Shown piece by piece: positions 45,959-55,776 of a stretch of 64,000 nt of DNA. The notes under the pieces were generated by a model. That model made no database searches, had not been told where the DNA came from, and was given only the letters and a program-made list of their open reading frames with translations. A program made the position numbers and the translations under genes. This DNA comes from an uncultured Chitinophagales bacterium. GTDB taxonomy: Bacteria; Bacteroidota; Bacteroidia; Chitinophagales; JADIYW01. The DNA lies in assembly GCA_964490845.1 (NCBI GenBank), contig CAZBED010000004.1, positions 587-64,586 of the forward strand. Direction: 5' to 3'. Each line of letters starts with the position of its first letter. Within the stretch, counting starts at the first letter, position 1.

Positions 45959-47509
45959 ATGACGCATGAACAAAAATTACAAGTTTTAGAGCAAAAGAAG
46001 ATGGAGGCGCTATTAGGCGGCGGACAGAAACGGATTGATGACCAGCATAAAAAAGGGAAACTCACAGCCCGCGAACGGCTGGAATTGCTGATGGATGCGG
46101 GTAGCTTTGAAGAATTGGGCATGATGGTGACCCACCGAGCCACGGATTTTGGAATTGATAAAGAAAAATACTTAGGTGATGGAGTGGTTACAGGCTATGG
46201 TACCATCAACGGCCGGCTGGTTTATGTATTTTCTCAGGATTTTACTGTCTTCGGAGGTTCCTTGTCAGAAACACATGCAGAAAAAATCTGCAAAATCATG
46301 GATCTCGCAGCCAAAACCGGTGCTCCAGTTATCGGACTGAATGATTCCGGTGGTGCCCGTATTCAGGAAGGCGTGGTATCTCTAGGCGGCTATGCCGATA
46401 TATTTCACCGCAATGTACAATTTTCCGGTGTGGTCCCACAAATTTCAGCCATTATGGGACCCTGTGCTGGCGGTGCGGTTTATTCGCCCGCTATGACAGA
46501 TTTTACGCTGATGGTGGAACATTCATCCTACATGTTTGTAACAGGCCCTAATGTGGTAAAAACCGTCACACACGAGGAGGTAACTTCTGAAGAGTTGGGT
46601 GGTGCACAAACACATGCATCCAAAAGCGGTGTTACACATTTTACCGCCAAAAATGAAGTGGAATGTATTCAGCAAGTAAAGCAATTAATGAGTTATCTGC
46701 CTCAAAACTGTGAGGAACCGGCTCCGAATTATCCTTATCAGACAACGGAATCAGAATTGAGAACATCCCTGAAATCAGTGCTTCCGGCAAACCCGAATCA
46801 GCCTTATGATATGCGTGATGTGATATCGAACACTGTTGACACAGATTCTTTTTTTGAAGTGCATAAAAATTTTGCTGAAAATATCGTTGTTGGTTTCGCC
46901 CGGATTGCCGGCAGGAGCATAGGCATTGTGGCCAACCAGCCGGCCTATCTGGCCGGCGTGCTGGATATCAATAGTTCCAGAAAAGGAGCTAGGTTTACCC
47001 GGTTTTGCGATGCTTTTAATATTCCCTTACTGGTGTTTGTGGATGTACCCGGATTTTTGCCGGGCACTGACCAGGAGTGGAACGGAATTATCGTCAACGG
47101 TGCTAAATTATTGTATGCTCTCAGTGAAGCCACTGTTCCGAAAGTGACGGTCATTACCCGCAAAGCATACGGCGGCGCCTATGATGTGATGAACTCCAAA
47201 CATATCGGAGCGGATATGAACTTCGCCTGGCCAACGGCGGAGATAGCTGTTATGGGTCCTAAAGGCGCTGCTGAAATCATTTTTAAAAATGAAATAAAAA
47301 ATGCGGCTAACCCGGAACAAAAGCTACAGGAAAAAATCGATGATTACACCGAAACATTTGCCAATCCATATCGTGCCGCAGAACGCGGATTTATTGATGA
47401 AGTCATAAAACCGGAAGAAACGAGAATTAAACTGATAAAGGCATTTCAGATGTTGGAAAATAAGGTGGTGAATTCTCCTAAAAAGAAACACGGAAATATT
47501 CCGCTTTAA
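45959..47509 (+). CDS. acyl-CoA carboxylase carboxyltransferase subunit (propionyl-CoA carboxylase beta / methylmalonyl-CoA carboxyltransferase family)
   Basis: 516 aa. Carboxyltransferase motifs: [44 protein letters not shown]. Confidence 0.9.
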   Translation: MTHEQKLQVLEQKKMEALLGGGQKRIDDQHKKGKLTARERLELLMDAGSFEELGMMVTHRATDFGIDKEKYLGDGVVTGYGTINGRLVYVFSQDFTVFGGSLSETHAEKICKIMDLAAKTGAPVIGLNDSGGARIQEGVVSLGGYADIFHRNVQFSGVVPQISAIMGPCAGGAVYSPAMTDFTLMVEHSSYMFVTGPNVVKTVTHEEVTSEELGGAQTHASKSGVTHFTAKNEVECIQQVKQLMSYLPQNCEEPAPNYPYQTTESELRTSLKSVLPANPNQPYDMRDVISNTVDTDSFFEVHKNFAENIVVGFARIAGRSIGIVANQPAYLAGVLDINSSRKGARFTRFCDAFNIPLLVFVDVPGFLPGTDQEWNGIIVNGAKLLYALSEATVPKVTVITRKAYGGAYDVMNSKHIGADMNFAWPTAEIAVMGPKGAAEIIFKNEIKNAANPEQKLQEKIDDYTETFANPYRAAERGFIDEVIKPEETRIKLIKAFQMLENKVVNSPKKKHGNIPL

Positions 47510-47530
47510 TCGTTTTCTATCACTCACTGT

Positions 47531-48397
47531 TTACTGAAGATAAACCGTACTTACTATCGGGTGATGGTCAGAAAGATTGAAATAGGCTTTCTTACAAAAG
47601 CAGCAATCCTTAGTTGGTTTTAATATTTCCGTATTTGTAATTTTTGCCGATGTTTGCTGTCCTCTTCTCAGCAAAATGTAATCGAGTGTTTGCTGTATAT
47701 GTTCGAAAAATTTGTAAGCCAGATCATTGTTGATACCATCCCAGCTATATTTTTCGCCGGAATAATGAACCGGCGTCGCATCAAGAATAGATAACATGCT
47801 GTTATAAGCGGTTGTATCGTAAAAATCTGCATTCATATCGCCAACATAGAACTGAGGAATGCCCGGATTAAAATGCTTGTCCGCCATTTCTGATTTTAAC
47901 TGCTGAAACTGCAATTCCCTGACAGAGCGGTATTTTTCCTGGCTTTGCGTGTGTGTGCCAATTATCTGAACGGGTGTCCCATGTATATTGATTTCAGCAA
48001 ATGTGGCGCCTTTTTTTGAAAACCGGTCAGAGCCGGATATTTCTTTATATGTAATGAAATCCTGATTTATAATGGGATATTTTGATAATATCCAAACACC
48101 GCTGTTTGACTTAATGAACCCTTTTTGAGTTATATCCGATTGAAAAGGATAAGATTCCTGTAGCCTTGTGTTGAGGGTTGCTCTTGTTTTTTTCATAAAC
48201 GTTTCTTCCAGGATGACAATATCCGGTTGTTGAGACAAAATATAATCACCAATCATTTCAGCTCTTTCCTGCTGACAAGATTTGAAAATTACGGGCGGAA
48301 CCATAAATATATTCCAGGATAAAATCTTGAGAGCATCAGCCGCGGTGGCAAACATGCAATACAGTAAAAAATGGAAGAGGATTAAAAAACGTTTCAT
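47531..48397 (-). CDS. secreted endonuclease/exonuclease/phosphatase (EEP) family protein, sphingomyelinase-C-like
   Basis: Signal peptide; EEP motifs (LSWNIFM, DIVILEE, VGDMN, LSDHHPI). Confidence 0.7.
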   Translation of the reverse strand: MKRFLILFHFLLYCMFATAADALKILSWNIFMVPPVIFKSCQQERAEMIGDYILSQQPDIVILEETFMKKTRATLNTRLQESYPFQSDITQKGFIKSNSGVWILSKYPIINQDFITYKEISGSDRFSKKGATFAEINIHGTPVQIIGTHTQSQEKYRSVRELQFQQLKSEMADKHFNPGIPQFYVGDMNADFYDTTAYNSMLSILDATPVHYSGEKYSWDGINNDLAYKFFEHIQQTLDYILLRRGQQTSAKITNTEILKPTKDCCFCKKAYFNLSDHHPIVSTVYLQ

Positions 48398-48449
48398 GTG
48401 AGTTGCCTTAAATCAAAAAATAACAGAATCTATAAGTTTATTTTAAAAA

Positions 48450-48470
48450 ATACCCTGAAATACCCTGAAA
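48450..48470. promoter_or_regulatory. perfect tandem 10-mer ATACCCTGAA x2 in divergent promoter region of two phosphoesterase genes
   Basis: TACCCTGAAA at 48451-48460 is repeated at 48461-48470. Direct repeats with about one helical turn of spacing suggest a winged-helix response-regulator site. Confidence 0.35.
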
Positions 48471-48509
48471 ACCAAACAAAATACGTATTTTAGACACAAA
48501 ATTTACACA

Positions 48510-49559
48510 ATGAAAAAGTTATTCTATCTTTTATGTATTTCAGTTATTATAACTTCCTGTATTCCGACAGGCGGTACTGCACCAACTATTAAGGCAGTGG
48601 ATGAGAGCGTGAATCTCTCCCGTATTGCTATCGGTTCTTGCTGCAGACAGGATCAGAATCTATCCATCTTTTCAAAAATCAAAAATACAAACCCTGATTT
48701 GTATATAGCCATGGGGGATAATATGTATGCCGATTTAGGTGCAATTACCGGCGACCCTACGACATTTATCCAACAACAATATGATTTCCTGAACAATAAC
48801 TATGATTTCAAAACGCTGCGAGCAAATGTTCAGTGTATCGGAACCTGGGATGACCATGATTATGGTTTAAACAATGCCGGTGCTGAATATCCATATAAAA
48901 ATCAATCCAAAGATTTGTTCATGAACTTCTTTAATGAACCTTCTACCAGCCCACGCAGAACCAGAGATGGCGTTTACACATCGTATATGTATGGAGATGC
49001 CAATCACAAAGTACAAATTATCGTATTGGATTGCCGTTATAATCTGAATGTTATCAGCGCAGAGCCTATCACACCAACTACAGATACTACTAAAACTATC
49101 TTAGGAGCTACACAGTGGGCCTGGTTAAAACAAGAATTGCTGAAACCGGCTAAAGTAAGAATTGTGGTATCCAGTTCACAGATGTGTATTCAAAACAACG
49201 GATGGGAAGGATGGCCAAACTATCCTCATGAATTGGAGAAATTCTTTAAAACAGTTAAAGATGCCAATGCGGAAGGTGTTTTCGTTGTAAGCGGTGACGT
49301 TCACTATTCTGAGTTCAGCAAACGCAACCCTGCCGGCCAATATCCAATATATGACTTCACGTCCAGCGGGTTAACACATACTGAAAATGGGGCGGCAGCC
49401 AATATGTACAGAATCGGAACACCCTATGTGAATCTGAGCTTTGGCCTGATTGACATCAACTGGGCTGCTTCACCGGTACAGATTTCACTGGGAATCTGTG
49501 ATTTCAATGGAAATATTGTTAAATCTCAGGTGGTATCATTAGATGAGTTGAAATTCTAA
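48510..49559 (+). CDS. PhoD-like metallophosphoesterase lipoprotein
   Basis: Lipobox (IITSC); metallophosphoesterase motifs (MGDNMYAD, WDDHDYG, SGDVHYSE). Confidence 0.7.
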   Translation: MKKLFYLLCISVIITSCIPTGGTAPTIKAVDESVNLSRIAIGSCCRQDQNLSIFSKIKNTNPDLYIAMGDNMYADLGAITGDPTTFIQQQYDFLNNNYDFKTLRANVQCIGTWDDHDYGLNNAGAEYPYKNQSKDLFMNFFNEPSTSPRRTRDGVYTSYMYGDANHKVQIIVLDCRYNLNVISAEPITPTTDTTKTILGATQWAWLKQELLKPAKVRIVVSSSQMCIQNNGWEGWPNYPHELEKFFKTVKDANAEGVFVVSGDVHYSEFSKRNPAGQYPIYDFTSSGLTHTENGAAANMYRIGTPYVNLSFGLIDINWAASPVQISLGICDFNGNIVKSQVVSLDELKF

Positions 49560-49580
49560 CCGATAAATAAATCAAAAAAA

Positions 49581-49606
49581 GGCCGGACAGTTCCGGCCTT
49601 TTTTTT
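49581..49606 (+). terminator. rho-independent terminator
   Basis: Stem GGCCGGA, loop CAGT, stem TCCGGCC, followed by T8. Confidence 0.85.
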
Positions 49607-49721
49607 GTCATTTTCTGTTAAAGGGTGCAAATTAATTGAGATTAATTGTACTTTTGACAGCTCAAAATTAAAACCTTTCTAAGGTTCATTGCGTTTTTGT
49701 ATTATTTAAACAACACTTTTT

Positions 49722-50804
49722 ATGAAATATACTATCGACCAAAAAGCAGAAGAATTCTTGTTTCAATACCTTAACAATGCCTCACCGACAGGGTTTGAAG
49801 CGGAAGGGCAGAAAATATGGCTGAATTATGTTAAACCCTATATTGATGAATACCATGTCGACCATTACGGTACCGTTTATGGCGTAATAAATCCTGAAGC
49901 GGAATTTAAAGTGGTCATCGAAGCTCATGCCGATGAAATATCCTGGTTTGTCAGCTACATCGGAGAAGACGGGTTAATCAATGTTATTCGCAATGGCGGC
50001 AGCGACCATATTATCGCCCCTTCTAAAAGAGTGAATATACACACGAAGAAAGGGATTGTAAAAGGCATTTTCGGATGGCCGGCTATTCACCTGAGAGATT
50101 TATCCAAAGATACCACGCCGTCGATCAAAAATATTACCATAGATGTGGGCGCTAAGGATAAAAAGGAAGTGGAAGCCATGGGGATTCATGTAGGTTGTGT
50201 CATAACGTACGAGGATGAATTGATGGTGCTGAATAAAAAATACTATACCGGCAGAGCGCTGGACAACCGTATGGGTGGTTTTATGATAGCTGAAGTAGCT
50301 AGATTGTTAAAAGAAACAAAAACAAAACTGCCATTCGGTCTGTATATCTGTAACTCCGTTCAGGAAGAAGTCGGGCTAAGAGGAGCGGAAATGATAGTTC
50401 GGAAAATTAATCCGAATATCGCTATCATCACGGACGTTTGCCATGATACAACCACGCCGATGATTGACAAAAAAGAACACGGAGATTTCAAATGCGGCAG
50501 AGGTCCTGTTATTACCTATGCGCCTGCCGTACACAATACCATCCGGGAACTGATATTGGATACTGCTGAAAAAGAAAAGATAGCCTTCCAGCGCGACGCC
50601 GCCAGCCGGGTAACCGGAACGGATACCGATGCTTTCGCCTATAACGGAGGCGGTGTTCCAAGCGCTTTGATTTCATTACCATTGAAATATATGCATACTA
50701 CCGTTGAAACGGTTGCCAAATCGGATGTGGAAAGTGTGATTAAACTCATTTACCTCTCATTAAAGAAAATATCTCCAAGGATGAAGCTGAAGTATATTCA
50801 CTAA
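49722..50804 (+). CDS. M42 family metallopeptidase (glutamyl aminopeptidase/FrvX-like)
   Basis: About 360 aa; motifs PTGFE, EAHADE, GRALDNR and QEEVGLRGA are typical of M42. Confidence 0.85.
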   Translation: MKYTIDQKAEEFLFQYLNNASPTGFEAEGQKIWLNYVKPYIDEYHVDHYGTVYGVINPEAEFKVVIEAHADEISWFVSYIGEDGLINVIRNGGSDHIIAPSKRVNIHTKKGIVKGIFGWPAIHLRDLSKDTTPSIKNITIDVGAKDKKEVEAMGIHVGCVITYEDELMVLNKKYYTGRALDNRMGGFMIAEVARLLKETKTKLPFGLYICNSVQEEVGLRGAEMIVRKINPNIAIITDVCHDTTTPMIDKKEHGDFKCGRGPVITYAPAVHNTIRELILDTAEKEKIAFQRDAASRVTGTDTDAFAYNGGGVPSALISLPLKYMHTTVETVAKSDVESVIKLIYLSLKKISPRMKLKYIH

Positions 50805-50852
50805 GAATAGCACTATCCATTTCCACGGAAAATAGAAATATATTGTATATTC

Positions 50853-50882
50853 AACCTGTAAGTAATCCTTACAGGTTTTTTT
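50853..50882 (+). terminator. rho-independent terminator
   Basis: Stem AACCTGTAAG, 5-nt loop, stem CTTACAGGTT, then a T-run abutting the next ATG. Confidence 0.8.
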
Positions 50883-51773
50883 ATGGTGCGGATAATAAAA
50901 ATACTGATTGAAACCAATCTTTTTATTGCTTTTGCTGCAGTCGCTTTTTTATGGGCAAACATTCTATTTCTTCATTTAGATATGGCTTGTCTGTATTACC
51001 TGTCATTTCAGGTCTTTTTTTCCACCTGGTTTGTTTATCAAATAAGCCGTTGGGTATATTTTAAGAAAGGAGAATACGCAAATACTGAAGAATTGGTTGT
51101 TCAGTGGTTTGAGAAGCATCCCAAATTCAACAAAATGACCATCATTATCTCCGGAACCGGTGCATTTGTCTTTACACTTTTATTAAAATGGAAAACAATC
51201 GGCATACTGCTGTTTATCGGAGGTATATCCGTATTATATCCTTTTCCTGTTTTAAAGCCTTTTGGCATACCAACAAAGCTGAGAGATTTTCCGTATGTGA
51301 AAATATTTTTAATTGCGGTGGTGTGGAGTACGACTTCCGTCATATTACCTGCTTTAGAATCGGGAGTAAACTTACAGGCCAGAATAGATGTTTTTCTGTT
51401 GTGGCTAAGCCAGTTTGTATACATCTTCTTTATTACACTGCCTTTTGATATCAACGACGCGGAAGTAGATAAACAAACCAATATGAAAACCATTGCTTCC
51501 GTATTGGGTGCAAAAGCTTCTAAAATAATCTGTCTGGCCTGCGGAATTCTGTATGCATTTTTGATATTGTTCCTGTTTATGATAGAAAACTGGCGAAGCA
51601 TATCTAACATTTATTTAAAGGAATCCACTATCTATTTCATCTGGCTTCTCTTAATTTTATTACAGGTGTTTACCATTTATCAATCGGAAAAGGTAAAGAA
51701 GTGGGTGATTAAATTAGTTTATGACGGCAGTATGATTTTATATTTCTTCATACTGTTATTTACCGTAAAATAA
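50883..51773 (+). CDS. polytopic membrane protein, possibly UbiA-prenyltransferase-like
   Basis: About 8 predicted TM helices. One Asp-rich loop (FDINDAEVDK) resembles the second UbiA motif. I could not find the first NxxxDxxxD motif. Confidence 0.4.
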   Translation: MVRIIKILIETNLFIAFAAVAFLWANILFLHLDMACLYYLSFQVFFSTWFVYQISRWVYFKKGEYANTEELVVQWFEKHPKFNKMTIIISGTGAFVFTLLLKWKTIGILLFIGGISVLYPFPVLKPFGIPTKLRDFPYVKIFLIAVVWSTTSVILPALESGVNLQARIDVFLLWLSQFVYIFFITLPFDINDAEVDKQTNMKTIASVLGAKASKIICLACGILYAFLILFLFMIENWRSISNIYLKESTIYFIWLLLILLQVFTIYQSEKVKKWVIKLVYDGSMILYFFILLFTVK

Positions 51774-51783
51774 AAACCGGCCT

Positions 51784-52563
51784 GTGGCAGAATTTGGATT
51801 AATAGAAACCATTAAAGTGGTAAATGGCAGGATGGTATTCCGGAATCTGCATGTAAAACGATTGCACAGAAGCCTGAAGGTTATCAATATTGAAGAAAGT
51901 GAATATAAGCTTGAAGACAGAATCCTGCGGTTGTTGAAGTATGAATGCGTGGAAAAAGGATTAAAGAACTTCAGGCTCCGGCTGGAAGTGCAGAAAAACA
52001 GGGCGCATGATTATATGCCAGATATATCCCCCTTAAAGTGGAACTGCGTCCTAAGGCCACTGGAAAGCCCGGTTTATCAGTGGAATGAGATGGGCCTGAG
52101 CTTGACCTTTTTGCCCAAGCATAAAAAGCTCCTTGATGCATTTGCTAACCTAAAGCATACAGACAGAAGCATTTATGAGAAAGCCCTTAATTATGCCAGA
52201 GAAAATGACGTTGATGATGCATTGGTATTAAATGAAAACAATATGGTGGCTGATGCCTCTATCTATAATGTCTTCATTATAAAGGATGGAATCATTTATA
52301 CTCCTCCGCTTACAGACGGGCCAGTGGCAGGCGTTTTGCGGGAGTTGCTGCTGACCAGACTGCCTGCAGTTCAGATAGCAGAGAAATCTATCACCCTTCA
52401 GGATGTATATGCCGCCGACGAAGTATTTCTGACCAATGTTATTCGCGGTATCCGCTGGGTTAAGTACATGGATGATAAACAATATACTAATATACTGACA
52501 CAACAATTATTTCAGGAATTTAAATCCGTTGTATTTGAGCATTACGGCGAACACTTAGTTTAA
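51784..52563 (+). CDS. class IV aminotransferase-fold protein (aminodeoxychorismate lyase-like)
   Basis: GTG start; Lys context FANLKHTDR; NVFIIKDGIIYTPP and EVFLTNVIRGIRWV segments typical of fold type IV. Confidence 0.65.
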   Translation: MAEFGLIETIKVVNGRMVFRNLHVKRLHRSLKVINIEESEYKLEDRILRLLKYECVEKGLKNFRLRLEVQKNRAHDYMPDISPLKWNCVLRPLESPVYQWNEMGLSLTFLPKHKKLLDAFANLKHTDRSIYEKALNYARENDVDDALVLNENNMVADASIYNVFIIKDGIIYTPPLTDGPVAGVLRELLLTRLPAVQIAEKSITLQDVYAADEVFLTNVIRGIRWVKYMDDKQYTNILTQQLFQEFKSVVFEHYGEHLV

Positions 52564-52566
52564 ATT

Positions 52567-52989
52567 TTATGTTTTAAGCTTTTCCGAAAAGTAACGCAAC
52601 ACATCAGAAACGGATAATATTCCCACTAATTTTCCTTTGTCAACGACAGGTACCGCATGAAATTCATGAGAAATAAAGATTTCCATGACTACTTTAATAG
52701 TCGTGTCAGAAGAAACCGTGTAAGGATTTCTGACCATCAGGTCTTTCAGCTCAAAGATTTCCATAATGGCTTCGTTCGTTTGTTCCGCATCCTCGAAGAT
52801 GGTGCCAAAGGTCAGTCGTAAATAATCGGTCTTACTGATGATGCCAATTATTTTATTCTTTTCCATTACAGGAATGTGCCGGATATTCTGGTTCATGATG
52901 ATATGGTGAATAGCTTTTAATTCAGCAGTGCTGTCAACTGTTATCACCTCTTTTGTCATGATTTCTGAGATGTGAATATTATTTATCAT
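52567..52989 (-). CDS. CBS domain pair protein
   Basis: Two CBS repeats (IMTKEVITV...IRHIPV, LMVRNPYTV...HAVPVV); 140 aa. Confidence 0.8.
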   Translation of the reverse strand: MINNIHISEIMTKEVITVDSTAELKAIHHIIMNQNIRHIPVMEKNKIIGIISKTDYLRLTFGTIFEDAEQTNEAIMEIFELKDLMVRNPYTVSSDTTIKVVMEIFISHEFHAVPVVDKGKLVGILSVSDVLRYFSEKLKT

Positions 52990-53083
52990 AAAAACGGAAT
53001 TTTGATAAACTAATCTATCATCTATTTTGTTAATTTGACTTGATATAACTCATGTCCATTACTGATAATTATCATTTTACAAC

Positions 53084-54406
53084 ATGACAGCTGTTTACAT
53101 ATACTGGTTTCGCCGGGATTTGCGTTTGCATGATAATGCCGCATTATATTATGCCTTGAAATCCGGCACACAGGTATTGCCTGTCTTTATTTTTGATACC
53201 GACATTTTAGAAGAATTGAAGATGGACAAAAGCTGTCTGACAGAAGACAGACGGGTTTCCTTTATCTATGAGGAGATTGTCAGATTAAAAGATGAATTAC
53301 AGGATATTGGAAGCGATTTGCATGTTTTCTACGGCAATCCGGCTGATGTATGGAAACAAATCATTAGCAGATATCCGGTTAAAGGTGTCTTTTGCAACCA
53401 TGATTATGAGCCGTATGCCAACGAGCGGGATGCCGTTATAAAATCTTTATTGGAAAGCTATCAGATTACATTTCATTCCTGTAAAGACCAGGTAATTTTT
53501 GATAAGAGTGAAGTGGTGAAGGATGATGGAAAACCATATACCGTTTACACACCCTACAGCAAAAAATGGAAATCGAAACTGAACGATTTTTATTTACGTT
53601 CTTATCCTACTGAGCGTTATTTTCAACACTTTTATAAACCTGTAAAAAAACAGCCATTACTTCCGATAACGGAAATGGGCTTTTCAGACAAAAAGTATGA
53701 TTTTCCGGACAGAGCCGCAACGGACGGCTTGTTGCTACGCTATCCGGAGACGAGAGACATTCCCGGTATTCGCGGTACTTCCAGGCTAAGTGTGCATCTC
53801 CGGTTTGGCACCATTTCCATCCGTCAGTTAGTGCGGCATGTTATAGAAATAAAAGCGGAGAAGTACCTGAACGAACTAATCTGGCGGGAGTTTTATATGA
53901 TGATATTGTATCATTTTCCAAATGTAGTTTGCCACTCGTTCCGGCCGGAGTATGATAAAATAAACTGGCGAAATAATGAAGCGGAATTTCAGGCCTGGTG
54001 CAATGGAGAAACAGGATATCCCATTGTGGATGCCGGTATGCGTGAGCTTAATGAAACAGGATATATGCACAACAGGGTGAGAATGATTGTGGCCAGTTTT
54101 CTGACGAAACATTTACTAATCGACTGGAGGCGGGGAGAAGCCTATTTTGCTCAAAAACTCCTGGACTATGAACTTTCCTCCAATAATGGCGGCTGGCAGT
54201 GGGCAGCTGGTACCGGTGTGGATGCAGCGCCCTATTTCAGGGTATTTAATCCATATTTGCAGACGTTAAAATTTGACCCTGATTTAAAATATATACGAAA
54301 ATGGGTTCATGAATTGGACAGTTTCACTTATCCCAAGCCTATCGTTGAACATGAATATGCCAGAAAGAGATGCCTTGAAACATACCAAAAGGCACTAAGG
54401 CCTTAA
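53084..54406 (+). CDS. cryptochrome/photolyase family protein (deoxyribodipyrimidine photolyase or Cry-DASH)
   Basis: N-terminal WFRRDLRLHDN; FAD-binding domain motifs (TSRLS.HL.FG, WREFY, NNGGWQWAAGTG). Confidence 0.9.
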   Translation: MTAVYIYWFRRDLRLHDNAALYYALKSGTQVLPVFIFDTDILEELKMDKSCLTEDRRVSFIYEEIVRLKDELQDIGSDLHVFYGNPADVWKQIISRYPVKGVFCNHDYEPYANERDAVIKSLLESYQITFHSCKDQVIFDKSEVVKDDGKPYTVYTPYSKKWKSKLNDFYLRSYPTERYFQHFYKPVKKQPLLPITEMGFSDKKYDFPDRAATDGLLLRYPETRDIPGIRGTSRLSVHLRFGTISIRQLVRHVIEIKAEKYLNELIWREFYMMILYHFPNVVCHSFRPEYDKINWRNNEAEFQAWCNGETGYPIVDAGMRELNETGYMHNRVRMIVASFLTKHLLIDWRRGEAYFAQKLLDYELSSNNGGWQWAAGTGVDAAPYFRVFNPYLQTLKFDPDLKYIRKWVHELDSFTYPKPIVEHEYARKRCLETYQKALRP

Positions 54407-55182
54407 TCACAAACGTATTCGAAATAAGTAGTATCCGAGCGGGTAACGGTATTATCCGGCTGGCTTCTTATTGTCCATATCTGCCGTGTAATCAAGCCAT
54501 CACTATTTGTCAGGTATTCGTAATCATACGTTTGACGCAGCGCACCTGCTGCCAGCAGATTGTAATACAGTCGTCTTTTTATTAGATTTTTTTCCAACTT
54601 GCCGTATTTGCTTTCAAAAGGGTAAAGTTCTGTAACCTTCAGTTTATCAGTATAATATTCAGATACAATAGAATCTTTAGTTGTCAGTGATGGATTGGTG
54701 AAATTGGTGAAATCATATATCCAGTATGAATAGTTTCCGTTGATGTAAAAATATTTTATGTCACTCTCATAGGTATTGTAATTATTGATGGCACGAATTA
54801 AGTAATTATCCGTATCATAGTAATACTTGGATCTGCTGTTAAACGTTGAAGAAGACAAGATGGTAATCCTGGAGGTATCGATAAGTCCGGCAGCAGTCAG
54901 CGTTGAAAATCCGCTCATTCTTAAAATACCGTCATAATAATATTCCAAATCATACTGTCCAGAATTTTTTATATTTTTAGCCTGATAGGTACTGCTGCTA
55001 TTAGAATATGTTGTGAACTGAGTATAGTCTTCTCCCGAGTATGTAAATACAACGGTATCCGTATAGCCGGAAGAATAATGCGTCACTTTTTTTGAAACCT
55101 TGCAGTTTAATAACACAGTTTCATTCTTTTTACATCCGGCAATACATATAATCAGGAGTAACAAGAGGGAAGTATTTTTCAT
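54403..55182 (-). CDS. Tyr-rich hypothetical lipoprotein with YD-repeat-like motifs
   Basis: Likely start MKNTSLLLLLIICIAGC (lipobox) at 55182. Motifs EYYYDGIL, KYYYDTDNYLI and TYDYEYLTNSDGLITRQ. Confidence 0.5.
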   Translation of the reverse strand: MKNTSLLLLLIICIAGCKKNETVLLNCKVSKKVTHYSSGYTDTVVFTYSGEDYTQFTTYSNSSSTYQAKNIKNSGQYDLEYYYDGILRMSGFSTLTAAGLIDTSRITILSSSTFNSRSKYYYDTDNYLIRAINNYNTYESDIKYFYINGNYSYWIYDFTNFTNPSLTTKDSIVSEYYTDKLKVTELYPFESKYGKLEKNLIKRRLYYNLLAAGALRQTYDYEYLTNSDGLITRQIWTIRSQPDNTVTRSDTTYFEYVCD

Positions 55183-55288
55183 AATTTTTATAGTAAATTT
55201 AAGAACATTTTTTTCAATAGTCAACCATTGCTTATCCTGACCGGTTATGCAAATTAGGATACTTATTGCAGGTTTCTGTCATTAAAGT

Positions 55289-55296
55289 TACATTTG
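55289..55296 (+). promoter_or_regulatory. candidate -7 box TACATTTG for two-gene membrane cassette
   Basis: Exact consensus match, 12 nt before TTG 55309 and 33 nt before ATG 55330. Confidence 0.4.
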
Positions 55297-55308
55297 ATTA
55301 ATAATTGA

Positions 55309-55776
55309 TTGATTACAGAATGGGCCACCATGTATAAATTTACCCGACATCTATTCTTTATTTCACTGGTTTTTTCCTGTTTGAATTTTATCAGCACCTC
55401 TTATTACAATCAGGAATTATATCCATTTTTTCACTGGAAACTGTATACACAACCACTTGGCAATGATTATGTCTATGCCGACTACCGACTATACGGAATC
55501 AACAATACCAGGGACACGATCAGAATTTCAAATCGCAATATCCCTGTTTTCAGTAAGGACGATCAGTATTACTTTTTATCAAGGGAAGCCATGGCAATTA
55601 AAAACAATACTCTAACAAACCAAAGAATCAGTAAGCGCTTAGGGGATTTTGGCGATGTGATCACTCAAAACGCGTTTGACGACTACCTGTTAATAGAAGA
55701 ATCCTTCAATCCTTTGAACCTGATTTCAGATTCCGCTGTTTATACAAAGCAAATCATCTATGAAGTTCATCAATAG
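55309..55776 (+). CDS. hypothetical membrane-anchored protein
   Basis: One N-terminal TM helix (HLFFISLVFSCLNFI). Start is TTG 55309 or ATG 55330. 17-nt overlap with the next gene. Confidence 0.45.
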   Translation: MITEWATMYKFTRHLFFISLVFSCLNFISTSYYNQELYPFFHWKLYTQPLGNDYVYADYRLYGINNTRDTIRISNRNIPVFSKDDQYYFLSREAMAIKNNTLTNQRISKRLGDFGDVITQNAFDDYLLIEESFNPLNLISDSAVYTKQIIYEVHQ

